The notes under the pieces are model-generated. The model was not told the origin of the DNA. It made no database searches and was given only the letters and a program-made list of their open reading frames with translations. Positions 25,201 through 37,400 of a stretch of DNA of 64,000 bases are shown piece after piece. The stretch lies in the NCBI RefSeq assembly GCF_018977255.1, contig NW_024704752.1, positions 18,848,001 to 18,912,000 of the forward strand. The letters are read 5' to 3'. Each line of letters starts with the position of its first letter. Within the stretch, counting starts at the first letter, position 1. Source of the stretch: Callorhinchus milii. Taxonomy: Eukaryota. The translations under genes were made by a program, and so were the position numbers.

Positions 25201-28200
25201 AGTCCTGGATTGTTTTATTTGATTTAACTTCCCTTGATTTAACAGTAACTTGCAGTAGATCTTGCTCAGTAAACACACCTCTAAGTCGCCATTGTTCCAG
25301 ATGATCTCCTGGTCTCCAATGGTAAGCTGATGCCCTGGAGCTTTTCGAGAATCGTAATGTCCTATTTTCACAAAGTTGATGACACCGTCAGCAGTTTCTT
25401 GCCAGTTGATGACATCATATATGGCAGCAACATCCCCATCTTCATCAAACCTCTGCTCGTTTTTTGACTTGTCCATGAAACGTACCTTCTTCATGTAATG
25501 CAGCATCTGGAGGAAAAACGCACCCCAAAGCAGCATCATTTTAAGCACGTGATTAATCAAATCACATCCTTTTCTTTTGCTTACTCAAATCATTTTCCTC
25601 TTTAACATTTTGACATTTAACATGTGTGAGTGGTTTTCATCTGTCCACTGGAGCGCCAGAATTTGTTGATCCAACCCCGTTCAAACCCACTGAACTGAAA
25701 ACTAAGCCTCCATACTTATCCCACAATATCCTGCCTGAACTCCCTCAGTCTTGTTTGAAGTCGTAACAGATACAACCTTTGAAGAGAAAAAAATTGCAAG
25801 ATTATGGAGGAAAAAGCAAGGAAATGGGATTAATCGGATAGCTCTTTCAAAGAACCGGCACAGGCAAGGTTGACCTCCTGCTGTTCTCTGAAATTCTGTT
25901 ACTTAAACCTGACAAGATAATAATCAAAGCTACAGTAAAGGAGAACTGACCTGCCACGGTTCAAAGTTATGTATATTTGCACAGGTCCCATTCTCAAAAG
26001 GCCCCTTTCCATCGACACACGACTGCAGGTCATGTAGGGCATAAGCCACTGAATATACTGCGTTGTGCACATTGCACGAGGTTCGCAGGTTGGTGACATC
26101 TGTGAAGATGTGGTTGGCCTCCCTCATATTTTCCAGCCCGGTGCAGGGTTTCCTAGAAGTTGTGTTAAAAGTATTGGATTTGACTTGATTTAATTCACGT
26201 TTCTTTTCTTGCTCAAGAAAACTTGTCCACGAGCAGTCAAACATTTCTTCCCACAGCTCAGGAAGATGGATATCATGAGTTCTTCTCAACGGATGAAGCT
26301 GAAAGAGAAACTCTTGAAGTCCTTCAATGTTGCACAATGGGAGTGTAATTCCTATAGTTCCAGTCCAATGTTTGATGTACTTCTTTCTAATAATAAACAG
26401 TGGACCTGATGTACTCCAGCCTACACTTGCTAGCCACGTTCTGTCCGTTACATTTTGTTGAACAATCTCGTCAAGTAATGGAGCTATGTTTCTATCACAA
26501 GAGAAAGCAACTATAACTTTTGCCGATGATGCTTTTATTGTGTCCACAATCTGAAGATATTTTTCTCTCGAATATGTGATTGGAATCTTCTCAGAAAAGG
26601 CAATGCACACACCAAGGTTTTTTGCCTCTTTTATAAAGATCTGAACTGCTTGCAAGCCATAGTCAATGTCGTCTGCTAACACGCCCACCCACTTCCAGCC
26701 AAACTGTTTGACAATAATCACAAAGGCCCTGGATTGAAATATATCACTTGGCATAGTGCGGAAAAAAGAGGGGAATTGTTGTTTATTGCTGAGAATTGGG
26801 GCAGAGGAAAAGTAGCTAATCTGCAAAATATCAACAGAAAACAGTTAGACAGTTAATCAAAATCTTCATTAAATACTAATGAAGGACAAATCAAGGGCTT
26901 AATATCACCAGAATGTCTTGCTTTAGTAATCACCGCTGTATAAAATAGCCACCCTAGTAAGTGATTCCCCGACCTCTCTGACCTCTCTCCTTACAACAGT
27001 GCCCGTTGCCTTCGCTCCATCAGGTCTGGCCTTCTCTTTGTCCCCCGAGTCCTCCGCTCCACCCTCGGTGGCGGTGCCTTCAGCCACTATGTCCCGAGGC
27101 TCTGGAACTGCCTTCCTCACTCCCTTCCCCTCGTCCCCTCTCTTCCTATTTTCAGGTCTCGGCTGAAGACCTTTCTTTTCACTGCACCTTTGATCACCTT
27201 CTTCCCCGTCCCCCTGGCTCCTTCCCCTCCCCCTGGCTCGGGCCTGGGATCCATTACTGTAAAGCGCTCTGAGACGCCGTCCGGCGTGGAGGCGCTATAT
27301 AAATCCAAGTTGTTGTTGTTATTTGATACGTGTGTGTTTAAAACATTGGTGCATATATGCAGGTGGTACAAATTGATTTGAGCTCTGCTCAAAAAGACAC
27401 TTTTGGAACTTATTAGATTCAAATTGGACAACTGAATATATACAGAACACGAGCTAGTACAATCAAGGATAATAATAATAATAATCATCCTTGCAATTGA
27501 TACCACGTCTTCGAGACATCACAAAGCGTTTCACAGAATATACTCTCAAGTTAATTCACTGTATATTTTGTGGGTGAAACGTGGCAGACAATTGCGCACA
27601 GCGGCGTCCCACAAACAGCCGTGGATTGAGTGACAAAATTTTTTTTTTTGGAAGGGATTATTACCACCGGAAAAGCGATCCGACAATCGATTAACAACCA
27701 GGTTCCTATTTACTCCTAGGTAGGTAAACAGAGACGTGTGGAGTAAGGAAACTTGCCCCAACGTTTCGCCCTGCCTGGGAAGCAAACCCGGGTCCTCTCG
27801 CCTGTGAGGCGAGAGCTTTAACCACTGAGCTACAGGACTTCACTTTATAAGAGAAACTTGTGTAGTTTGTTATGCAATCCTGGCCCTTGAATAGAACACT
27901 TACAGTTCAATTTTTTTTTACCTGAGGGTAACGATAGAGCCCAAGTACTGATGCCATCGCTATTGAAATAGTTGAAATCGAGCCACCAACTACTGCGGCC
28001 AAAGTGGAGTTTAACTTGCACTGGTAATTCGGTGTGAATGTTTCCTTGCCAGACACCAGTGCGAATGCATTCTCTACAGTCTTGGGAATATTATAACAGG
28101 TATCATAGATGGCATAGCCCAAAGTTATATTCGGCAATAATTCTGGATCTTTATTTATCTCTTCCACTGTGAAGATCATATCTTGCATCCAACGGTAAGT

Positions 28201-29205
28201 CCTAATATTAAAGCTTGAGAGCAGATATGTTGTTAGTTACTTCATAGAGAGTGTACTATCAATGCTTAAGATGCAAAAGAAAAATAAACCATAGAACTTC
28301 TCAGCATAAGCCATATCTGTATTGTTTTGTGTTAATCTTAAAGCGTCGTTTCGAGTTTGGAAAATGAAAAATAATTTCAAAAACTAAAGGTTAAGTCCAA
28401 TGTAAAATTATATTCTTAAATCACGACTGTGATATCCACATAAAACCAGGTGCAAACCACACACAGAAACTCAGGATAACAAGCTTTCTTATTCACTCAC
28501 CCCTGCAGTCGGAAGCTTCTGATCCGTGCATACACAACACAATTCTTCATCCAACCATCAAATATTACCCAATGACTTAGCTTCTATTGTTCCGAATATT
28601 AAATACTGTCAGTTCACTGTTGAATTTCTCTGACAGTGAGGCTATTTAGGGTCCAAATATGCAATGAAAAACATCTGTTTGGTTGCTAGTTTACTGAATG
28701 AATACGAATAATAATAATCCTTGCATTTGGTATTGCGCCTTATCATGTTGTCGAGACATCTCAAAGAGCTTCACACGATATATACTGTAAAGTGGTTTGC
28801 CTGTGAATTTTGTGGGCGAAATGTTTCAAGCAACTCGAGATACAAAGATACACAAATTAGCTATTTACAGAGACCCAAGTCTAAGCATAGTCATGTTGAT
28901 TCATGTTGGAAAACTTTATCTGCTGTTTAATTGTCAGAGATGAGTGGTAGCAGATCAAAACTGTGAACGTGTCTGAATAATACCTACCGGTCATTACACT
29001 TTTTTTCGACCGGCTGAGATGTATAGGGAAAATTGGAGACATCATTGGAACCATGGAGTGGAAAAACCCCTCCAATAATAACATCGGCATCTTGAAGTAC
29101 TCCGTAGCTTGTATATTCGTGCAGTTTACAACCGGGGGGAACACCTCCTGACACAGAAAACATCAAACAAAACAACAAAAGGCAAACATTCAAATGGCAA
29201 CACAT
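22289..29205 (-). CDS. Second vomeronasal type-2/OlfC-like (CaSR-related) receptor, ~883-894 aa
   Basis: Exons 29205-28988, 28213-27922, 26820-25951, 25506-25279, 23973-23850 and (23208 or 23241)-22289. Exons 1, 2, 4 and 5 are 218/292/228/124 nt, the same sizes as in the neighbouring V2R. Flytrap, CRD ([27 protein letters not shown]) and 7TM ([11 protein letters not shown]) motifs present. The last acceptor is ambiguous (see findings). Confidence 0.88.
23344..23452. mobile_element. Tc1/mariner-like MITE (copy 2, opposite orientation)
   Basis: GTGACCAAAAAGTCATGACAACTACCC ... GTAATGGTATCACAACTTTTTGGTCACCCTG|TA; collinear with the reverse complement of 10610-10726. Confidence 0.7.
24100..24445 (+). 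mobile_element. L2-clade LINE 3' fragment with an internal ~46-bp tandem duplication
   Basis: [18 protein letters not shown] frame, duplicated CTCCCTCCC..CCCTCACCCTGACCATTTCCCCC, (TTG)n tail. Confidence 0.75.
26960..27320 (+). mobile_element. L2-clade LINE 3' fragment
   Basis: CTCTGGAACTGCC...TTCAGGTCTCGGCTGAAGACC...GGCGCTATATAAATCCAAGTTGTTGTTG. Confidence 0.75.
27470..27840 (-). mobile_element. Full-length SINE (same family)
   Basis: Tail, central domain and tRNA-like head all present; intron 2 of the second V2R. Confidence 0.85.
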
Positions 29206-29251
29206 TCTGGAGTATGAAAGAAATTACTCTTAGGACAAGGTAACTTTCTCC

Positions 29252-29260
29252 ATTTATATA
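29252..29260 (-). promoter_or_regulatory. Candidate TATA box of the second V2R
   Basis: TATATAAAT on the minus strand about 50 bp upstream of the ATG at 29205. Confidence 0.45.
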
Positions 29261-30199
29261 GCTTGCCTGTGATCCACCCTATAATTTTCTGCAATAAGCT
29301 TCCTGCTGGGAATTTCCAATACATTTTCTGTGGCATCAATTACATTGATCTTGGGATTTCTAAAGTACTGCACTACCATGTCAAGAAAACAATATTAAAC
29401 TTCAGATAAACAGTTTTCTTCCCTTCGGTTTGCTGAAGCCGCTTACTAGTTCATCTGAGATTACTTATAAATAATAAATAATAATCCTTACATTTGATAT
29501 AGCGTCTTCTCACGTCTTCGAGACATCTCAATGCGTGATACTGTATTAAGTTCAAGGATCAGCAGCATATTGAAAAACATGTAAGAAAGTGAACGAACAC
29601 TGCTTTACTTCACCATCTGTACATGTTGTCAACACAATGCGGCCGTGTGTGTACATATATATATATATATATATATAAAAACAAGAGTAGTTTAAAGTTT
29701 CTGTAGCACTTTCATAATTGAAAATAAACTACAAATTAAAGCTTTTCAGAAATATGATATAGAAGACCTAGTTTGAATTATCCTGGGCTTTAGTAAATGT
29801 AATTGGATTTTGCTGCATGCACTGAAAATACAAGTGTTCTGTACCAGAGGAACCAGATTTCTCTTTTCCTCGTGTCTGTGTTTCTCACGTCCAATTTTAA
29901 GTCATGAGTTCTTAAAAATAGTTTTGACAGTACAGAATTCAGGTTACAAGCCTGTTTCTGCACAATCATCTATTATTGGCATTTACCGTCTCAGTATTGT
30001 GGTACCATTTTCAAGCCTAATTTGGTAAAAATGTGTGGTGATGAAATGTGATAATTTCCTGCTGAGATGCTGCTTATTGGTTGTAGGAACAGGAGCTTCA
30101 AACTGTGTTCTAGAGTGAATATTGGAAATGCTGCATAAGTTACTGAACTGGTGATATGGATGGATGAATTGCTATTAAATGCTTACAGATAAAGTAGCA

Positions 30200-30610
30200 T
30201 TACAACAACAAAACTACATTGTGAAGCGCCTTTCATGTCGGGAGGACGTCCCAAGGCGCTGGACAGTTATGGACCCGAGCTGGCGGTCGGGGAAGGTGGA
30301 GGGCAGTGGGGGGGGGGGGGGCGCAGGGAGATCGAAAGCACGGTTGAAGAGGAGGATCTTGAGATGGGTCTTGAAAGTGGTGAGGGAGGGGGCGAGGAGG
30401 AGGGACTGCGGGGTGGAGTTCTAGAGCATCGGGGCAGAAGGCCCACCCAACAATAGTGGGGCAGGCAAGGTGGGGGATGTGAAGCAGGCCTGAGTCTGCT
30501 GAGCAGAGGGAGCGAGCAAGACCGTAGGGGGCTTAGGAGGTTGCAGAGGTAAAGGGGAGCAAGACCATGGAGGGCTTTGAAGGTGAGGACCGGGATCTTG
30601 AACTGTGTGA
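30200..30610 (-). mobile_element. L2-clade LINE 3' fragment
   Basis: Collinear with the copy at 35855-36385. Confidence 0.8.
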
Positions 30611-31643
30611 TGGATTAGTGAGGATATGTCAGGAAACGTGGGCGATGAATGATCTGTGACTAGAAATATATAGGGAAATGGAAGATACTAACAATATTTG
30701 TTAGCAATGCAACTCGGACGAGGTGCATCGGTGCTTTTTCACAAGGGAAGCGTGGGAGATTCCTTAATCTAAAGACAAGAGCAGTGGAAACCACATATCA
30801 TTCAATTTGTATTATTTTATTTAAAGGGATTTAATGGACAAATTTTTACTAGTCATACAACAATTTCCACGTCCCATTTTCCCTGAGTGAACTCACTCTG
30901 AAACAGCAAAATAATAATAACTCTTGCATTAGATATACAGTAGAACCTTTCACATCAGGATGCCTCAAAGAACTTCACAGCATATACTGGAAAGTGTTGC
31001 AACTGTATTTTGTAGGCAAACGCAGCAGCCAATTGACACACAGCAATGTCCCATAAATAACCATGAATCAAATGATCAATTTTAGCTGCGAGATTTTTGC
31101 GACACCGGGAGAAACTCCCTTGTTATTTGTAAACCATTTTGAATGCTCCTGAAGAAACCAGATAAAAGCGTGACAACAGATCTTTGTATTCCGGCTTCCT
31201 TGGACTTGGATGAATTCAGTAATTAAGCAATTAAAATACTCACCAATGAAAACCAACAGCTTGATTGATATATTAGTTGTTTCCGAGTAATCACATAATA
31301 ATTGGACAATTCCGCAAATCTTTTCTGCTTCATCACCCTTCACACCTGTGATGGGCTATTTAAGGATGTTGTTTCAAGTCCAAAACCAATTTGAGTGGTT
31401 ATACCAGTAAGTGACTCTCTAAATTGGCATTAACATTGTCTAAGCTAAACACCCTACCCCTCAGCTCCAGGGCAAAGTGATACTAGAGTAAGATAAAACT
31501 ATAAAGGCAGTTTGTCAGTTCAATTGACTTTACATCTTACAGCAGCATAAACAGGGTGAACGATTAAATGCAGGAAACCCAATATTCCAGACATGTATGC
31601 CACCAAACAAAGAAGCCACATCAGTCAAGTTAACACCAGGTAT

Positions 31644-31691
31644 TTTATTGAAGCTTATCAATGAACAGTACCTGTAAATAGTAATTTTATT
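31644..31691 (-). terminator. Candidate distal poly(A) signals of GMPS (two AATAAA)
   Basis: TTTATT on + at 31644-31649 and 31686-31691, ending an AT-rich stretch about 2.7 kb downstream of the GMPS stop. Confidence 0.4.
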
Positions 31692-34407
31692 GCATGCATA
31701 TTTCCTAAGAAAAAATAATTTACAGCAGCACCTATATATATATATTTATACACCAACTTAAGTCACTTAAGTGATTATTGGTATGCTGAACAATAGATCT
31801 CATTACCAGCAAGAATATGATCAAATCGTATCGATACACCTTTAACCAGTATTTAAGAAACATCCTTTCAAAAAGGTTTGCTTTGAGCCTAGCATTAGAT
31901 TTCAGAATAAAGCCAGTCTTTAGAGATTTTTTAATTTGACAGATAACTCAATGGCATTTACATTTAGCTTAATTCAAAAAAAATCTCACTTTGTGCCTTC
32001 AATCTTTAAAAAAGTTTTTTTTGTTTAAAAAAGTGACTGCAGCAGCACTAACATTGCGATTTAAATGTGTGTGTGTGTGTGCGCGCGCGCACAGGCTATA
32101 GGCCACAAATTTAATCTTAAGGATTCTTAAAAACTGAACTGCTGGAATAAACACCTCAAAGCGCCTTACAGGATATACTGTAAAGTGAATTGACTTTATA
32201 TTGTGTGGGCGAAATACAGCAGCCAATGGTGCACAGCAGTGTCCCACAAACAGTCGTGGATTGGGTCAAATTATTATTTTCGATCGGTTTATCCAGCAAA
32301 GTATTTTATCTACAAGTTTCTAAATCATAATCTTTTCATTGTTCCACTTGACACACACACAAACAGGCAGAGTAAATGCTTGGAGCCTCCATCCCAAAAG
32401 GGCAGTTCTGTCAACATATTGGCGAACACTTTCAGGCACGATTTTGACATTAAATCAGTATTTTTATTACGATATTTAAGCACAATTTTAATTGAAAATT
32501 AATTCTTCAGTTTTATAAAATCCACTCACATGCCTGAAGTAAGACACAACTTATTCCAATCCATCCTCTATAACTTGTCTTTACTGTGTAATTCTCACAA
32601 GTTTATTTTATATCCTCTACCAGTGTTCCATTATAAAGCTTTTCAATATTATTTGGCAACCCAGAAAAGCTGCAATGCAACAAGAGCAAATTAAAAAAAA
32701 CTTTTCATTTCTCATTCCCAGGTTTCATGGATAGTCTAATGTATACTCATTTTTATAGTTTTAGAAAATGCTAAAAATAGATAGCAACAAGAGCTTGCAA
32801 AATTTAACCGAGCTGGATACATCGCAAATAATTCTAAATTCTTTAATCTACACCACTCTGGTTTTGGGCACTTTAATGCGTTTTTGCAAAAAAGGAATAA
32901 GACATCCCTTTTTTTAAATAAAGCTAAAGCGCCAGATTTTCAGGTGAAGTGAGCTGAGAAAAGAATGCTAACTACTGGCACAACAGTCACTCTAACATGG
33001 AGTTCTCAGAATCCTGTGGTCTTTGACTTAGTCAGCAATTTATTTATTTTAAATTTGACAAAAGTTTACAAGTTTACATTGTAAATTACACTTTTCAAAC
33101 ACAAGATTATGGAAGTGATTAAATTAAGGCAACAAATAAGTACGAGCATATATTGTATTGAAAGATTGATGTCTATGTAAGTACCAAAGTAAAAATATTC
33201 CCGAATTAAATTTTTGTTAAACCAATTTTCTCTCAAAAGCTTAAGTCTTCCTGGGGCAGTTCCATGGGCAGCCTTCTGGTGCCTCATCCAATTTACCAGT
33301 CTTCAGTCAGCAAGTGGTAGTTAACTCGACCTCGAAGGGCATCACAGTCAATTTCTCATCTACCGCTCAGCCACACGCTTTCCAGCAGAAGCCATTGGAG
33401 AACAATCAGGTGCAGGAACCCTGGCTTTTATTTTTAATCCCTCTTCCTCCTCAGCCCAGGATTCTAAGGTTAATTCCAACACACACCCAAATGCTACCCC
33501 AACTGAGATCAGCTTTCACAGCACAGACCAGATCGAACCTGCGATCTTATCAGTGTGACTTAATGCCTTTATCCACTAGGCCATCGAAGGGATGAAATAT
33601 TTTTTATGGTAACCAGATAATACATTACCGGTGTATAAAACTGTCAAACAATAGGTTAAAAAATGCTGCCTTAAGAAACTCCTAGTCCTCATACCCTCCA
33701 AATAAAATTTTGGTTCATACAATTAAATTAGGAGACATGTATAGTACAATGCAGATACCTGTTAATTCACATCCATCCAAGAATGTGTACAATCAGGATT
33801 TTTGGCAAAAACAAAACCCCTTGATAAAAGTTCTATAACCCCAAAAAATCATAACTGCATACTTTCTAGCCATCTCAATACAGTTGCCAAGATTATTGTC
33901 AAAAACAAAGCCAAACTGCTGGTAATTTCTTCATCTCGAACAATGTAATTACAGACAGTCAAAAATGTTTAAATAGACTGAAATACATCGAAAATCTTGT
34001 CAATACAACTCAATACCACCTATCCATTTGGCAAAATATTTGTAACATCTGTTCAAAAAAGAATTGGTCACATCAATAAGTGAGTTTACAATGACAGACA
34101 TGTGGTTAGTAAATGTACTGTAAATGAACTGTCTTGTGATGTACAAAACACCAGACAAGTCAATCTATAAAGAACATCAAAATACATTGGCAAAAGCATC
34201 ACAATTTTACCAGCAGTTTGATGCTGAATCCATTTACCCGTACATATCCTTAGCCCCATTAAATTTAGTCCTTTCAAACACTGAATTATACATCAGGCTT
34301 CAGAGGGGAAGAAAAAAAATAGGTGCGAAGTAGCAGCTCCAGTCACAATTCCACAGTACTGTATGTGTTAATATTGGGAATGTTTCATACATCAGATTCA
34401 GGTTTAT

Positions 34408-37400
34408 TCACTCCCATTCCGTGGTTCCAGGAGGCTTTGAAGTCAAGTCATACATGACGCGGGAAATCCCTGGTATCTTCTTGATCTCTGTCACCATTTT
34501 AGAAATAACCTGCCATTTGCCATAAACAAACTTTTCATTAATATTTGACACTGACTAATTATTTTGCAAGTTAAAGCTAATCCAATCATAGAATCCTTTT
34601 ATCTAATAGCAGAAGTTCCTTTCTGCATCACTGAATGTTATTTTAGCTTAAAGAAATTCAAACACGCACCTCCTCAGAAATGTGCTTGCCAGGAGTTGCT
34701 GGGATACCAGTCATAAAGTCACTTGTGATGAAGGTTCGGATGACGACAGATCTCTGACAAGATGGCTGTTTCTGAAGTGGGTCACGGTCAAAATGTAATG
34801 GCGTCAAAATAATTGGCATCTGACTTATTTTTCCAGAGTAACCTAGAGAAACAGACACAATCGGTACATCAACATTTACAAAATTATCCTCATTTGTTCA
34901 CATAAAATCACAGATTAGCTAAAAATCTTAACAGTGGCTGAATTCACCTTTCCTCTCAGTTTGAAGCAGAAATTTGACAGATGATGCAATGGCTTGGTAG
35001 TTTGGTGCATCATGTGCTAAACAAGAAATGTAAGTTTTTTGTATTCACCAATATGGCAAAAATTCCAGGTTTTTAAAAACAAGACGACCTCAAGTTTTTT
35101 TTAAAAACAAAGAATCAGTCTCCAAAGGGTGCCTTTGTCAATTCATATAATAGAAAGACTAATTTTTTTTTGAAATATCATACAAAATATTCAAATGATC
35201 AACTGAAAAGACATTAAGTGCTGTACAATCTATCTAATTGGCCCAAAATTGTGCCAACAACCTCATTCAAAATAATTCCGCATTCACATGCAATCTTATC
35301 CATAACAAGTAAAGACCATTTAACTTTGTAAAACAATGGACCTTTGTACTAACTAATGTACATTTCTTCCAATGTAATGAATAAACAAAACTGGATCCTT
35401 ACCATCCTCTCTCAGGATGTTGTGAGCCTCAAAGTCGGCCTGTCGGAGGGTGCTAAGCACTCCTGTGGTTAGGAACGTTGGGGTTATGTCTGTGATGGGT
35501 TCTCGGATTTGAGGTCCAAAAACATACACAACTCTGAAGAAACATGAATATTAATATCAGTAAGTAAGAATGTAGTAAAGGATAGCTGAGGCTTTACAAG
35601 TAAGTGTTCTTATTACACGTTTTAAGACCATGTAAAGACAAGTAACAAACCTGTTAATATTGTGACACATTCTTGGAATAAGTCTGGCTAAGAATAGGAG
35701 GGATTCCCAATCCGGTGGATCCTTCCCAGATATACCACAAACGTAGCTATATGATCTGCTGTCTCCCTGCAACACAAATACACTGGAACTTGGATACCAA
35801 GATTGAGTTTGTCTAAATATGCAGCTGCTTATTATTCCTCTTCCAACAATCCTTCATCAACAACAATAAAATTACATTTGTAGAGCACCTTTCACAGCAG
35901 GAGGACGTCCCAAGGCTCTGGACAGTGTTTCGGACCCGCGCTGAGGGTCAGGGTGGGGGAGAGGGGAGGGAGCAGGGAGATCGAAAGCACGATCGAAGAG
36001 GAGGATCTTGAGGTGGGTTTTGAAGGTGGCGAGGGAGGGGGCGAGACGGAGGGACTGCGGGATGGAGTTCCAGAGGGTGAGAGCAGAGTGGCGGTCTGGC
36101 GAGCGAGGTGGGGGACGTGAAGCAGGCTGGAGCCCGCTGAGCGGAGGGAGCAAACAGGATGGTAGGAGGTTAGGAGGTCGGAGAGCAAGACCATGGATGG
36201 CTTTGCAGGTGAGGACCAGGATCTTGAACTGTATCCTCTGTGTGATGGGAAGCCAGTGGAGTTGGGCGAGGATGGGGGTGATAGGGTCGCAGAGTCTAGT
36301 GCAGGAGAGGACATCAGCTGCAGAGTTCTAGATAGTCTGCAGCCTGTGGAGGGAGGAGTTGGGGCGGCCGACAAGCAGTGATTCATCTGATTTTTGTAAT
36401 AATGTGAAATGAGCCTTTATAATAATCTTTGCATTTGATATAGCGCTTTTCACGTCTTCTAGACGTCCCAAAGCGCTTCACAGAATATACTGTCAAGTGA
36501 ATTGAGTGTACACTTGTGGGCGAACGCGGCAGCCAATTGCGCACAGCAATGTCCCACAAACAGTCATGGATTGAAAATGACCAATTTATTACTGTTCTTT
36601 TTTGGAGGGATTATTATAAGGCGTGTGGAGTAAGGAAACTTGCCCAAGGTTTGGCCCTGACCTGCCTGGAATTGAACTCAGGTTCTCACTTGCAAAGCGA
36701 GTGCTCTAACCACTGAGCTACAGGACTCACTTATAATTACAATGATCTAATTGTAACATTGATCATGCTTTAACCCTTAAACTGCTAGCAGGTTCAGAAA
36801 AATGCCAGTATCCCCAGTGCCAAGCAATTGTGTACATATTCAGGTCAATGCAATAATACTGATGAGCCCATGGTACTTCAACATGGGCAGGCTGGAGATC
36901 AGGAAGAGAAACATGTGCCAATGGAGGAGAAAATTAGAAAAATAACGGCATACATTAAAAAACAAAGCAGCGCGAGTCAATAAATAACACCAAAACAGCT
37001 CCATTTTGTGATTCACACAAAAATTAAAGGATTATTATTCTTAATGCAATACCTACCTGTACCCCAACAGTCTTAATCGGCAGCAGGAAAGCAGTAAGTG
37101 AATGGAGACTTGTGATCTGCATTAATCTCTCTTGTTCTTCATCATTCGTACACGACTTGACCCTCTGCAGTAAAGTGTGTGGCTACACACGAAAAATAAA
37201 TGCATTCATTACACTGTTATTCACTGAGCAACCAAAACAAAATTATCCCTTACATTAAACACAAAGTACTAATTCTCTAACAGTCGACATTTAAAAAACA
37301 TTTTCTAAAGCCTGGTAATTCTTTTGAGCTTGGTTAAAAAATTCATTTCTAATCAGTGCTGATGGTGTTTACAACAGGTTTAAAACTGCACAATATTTTC

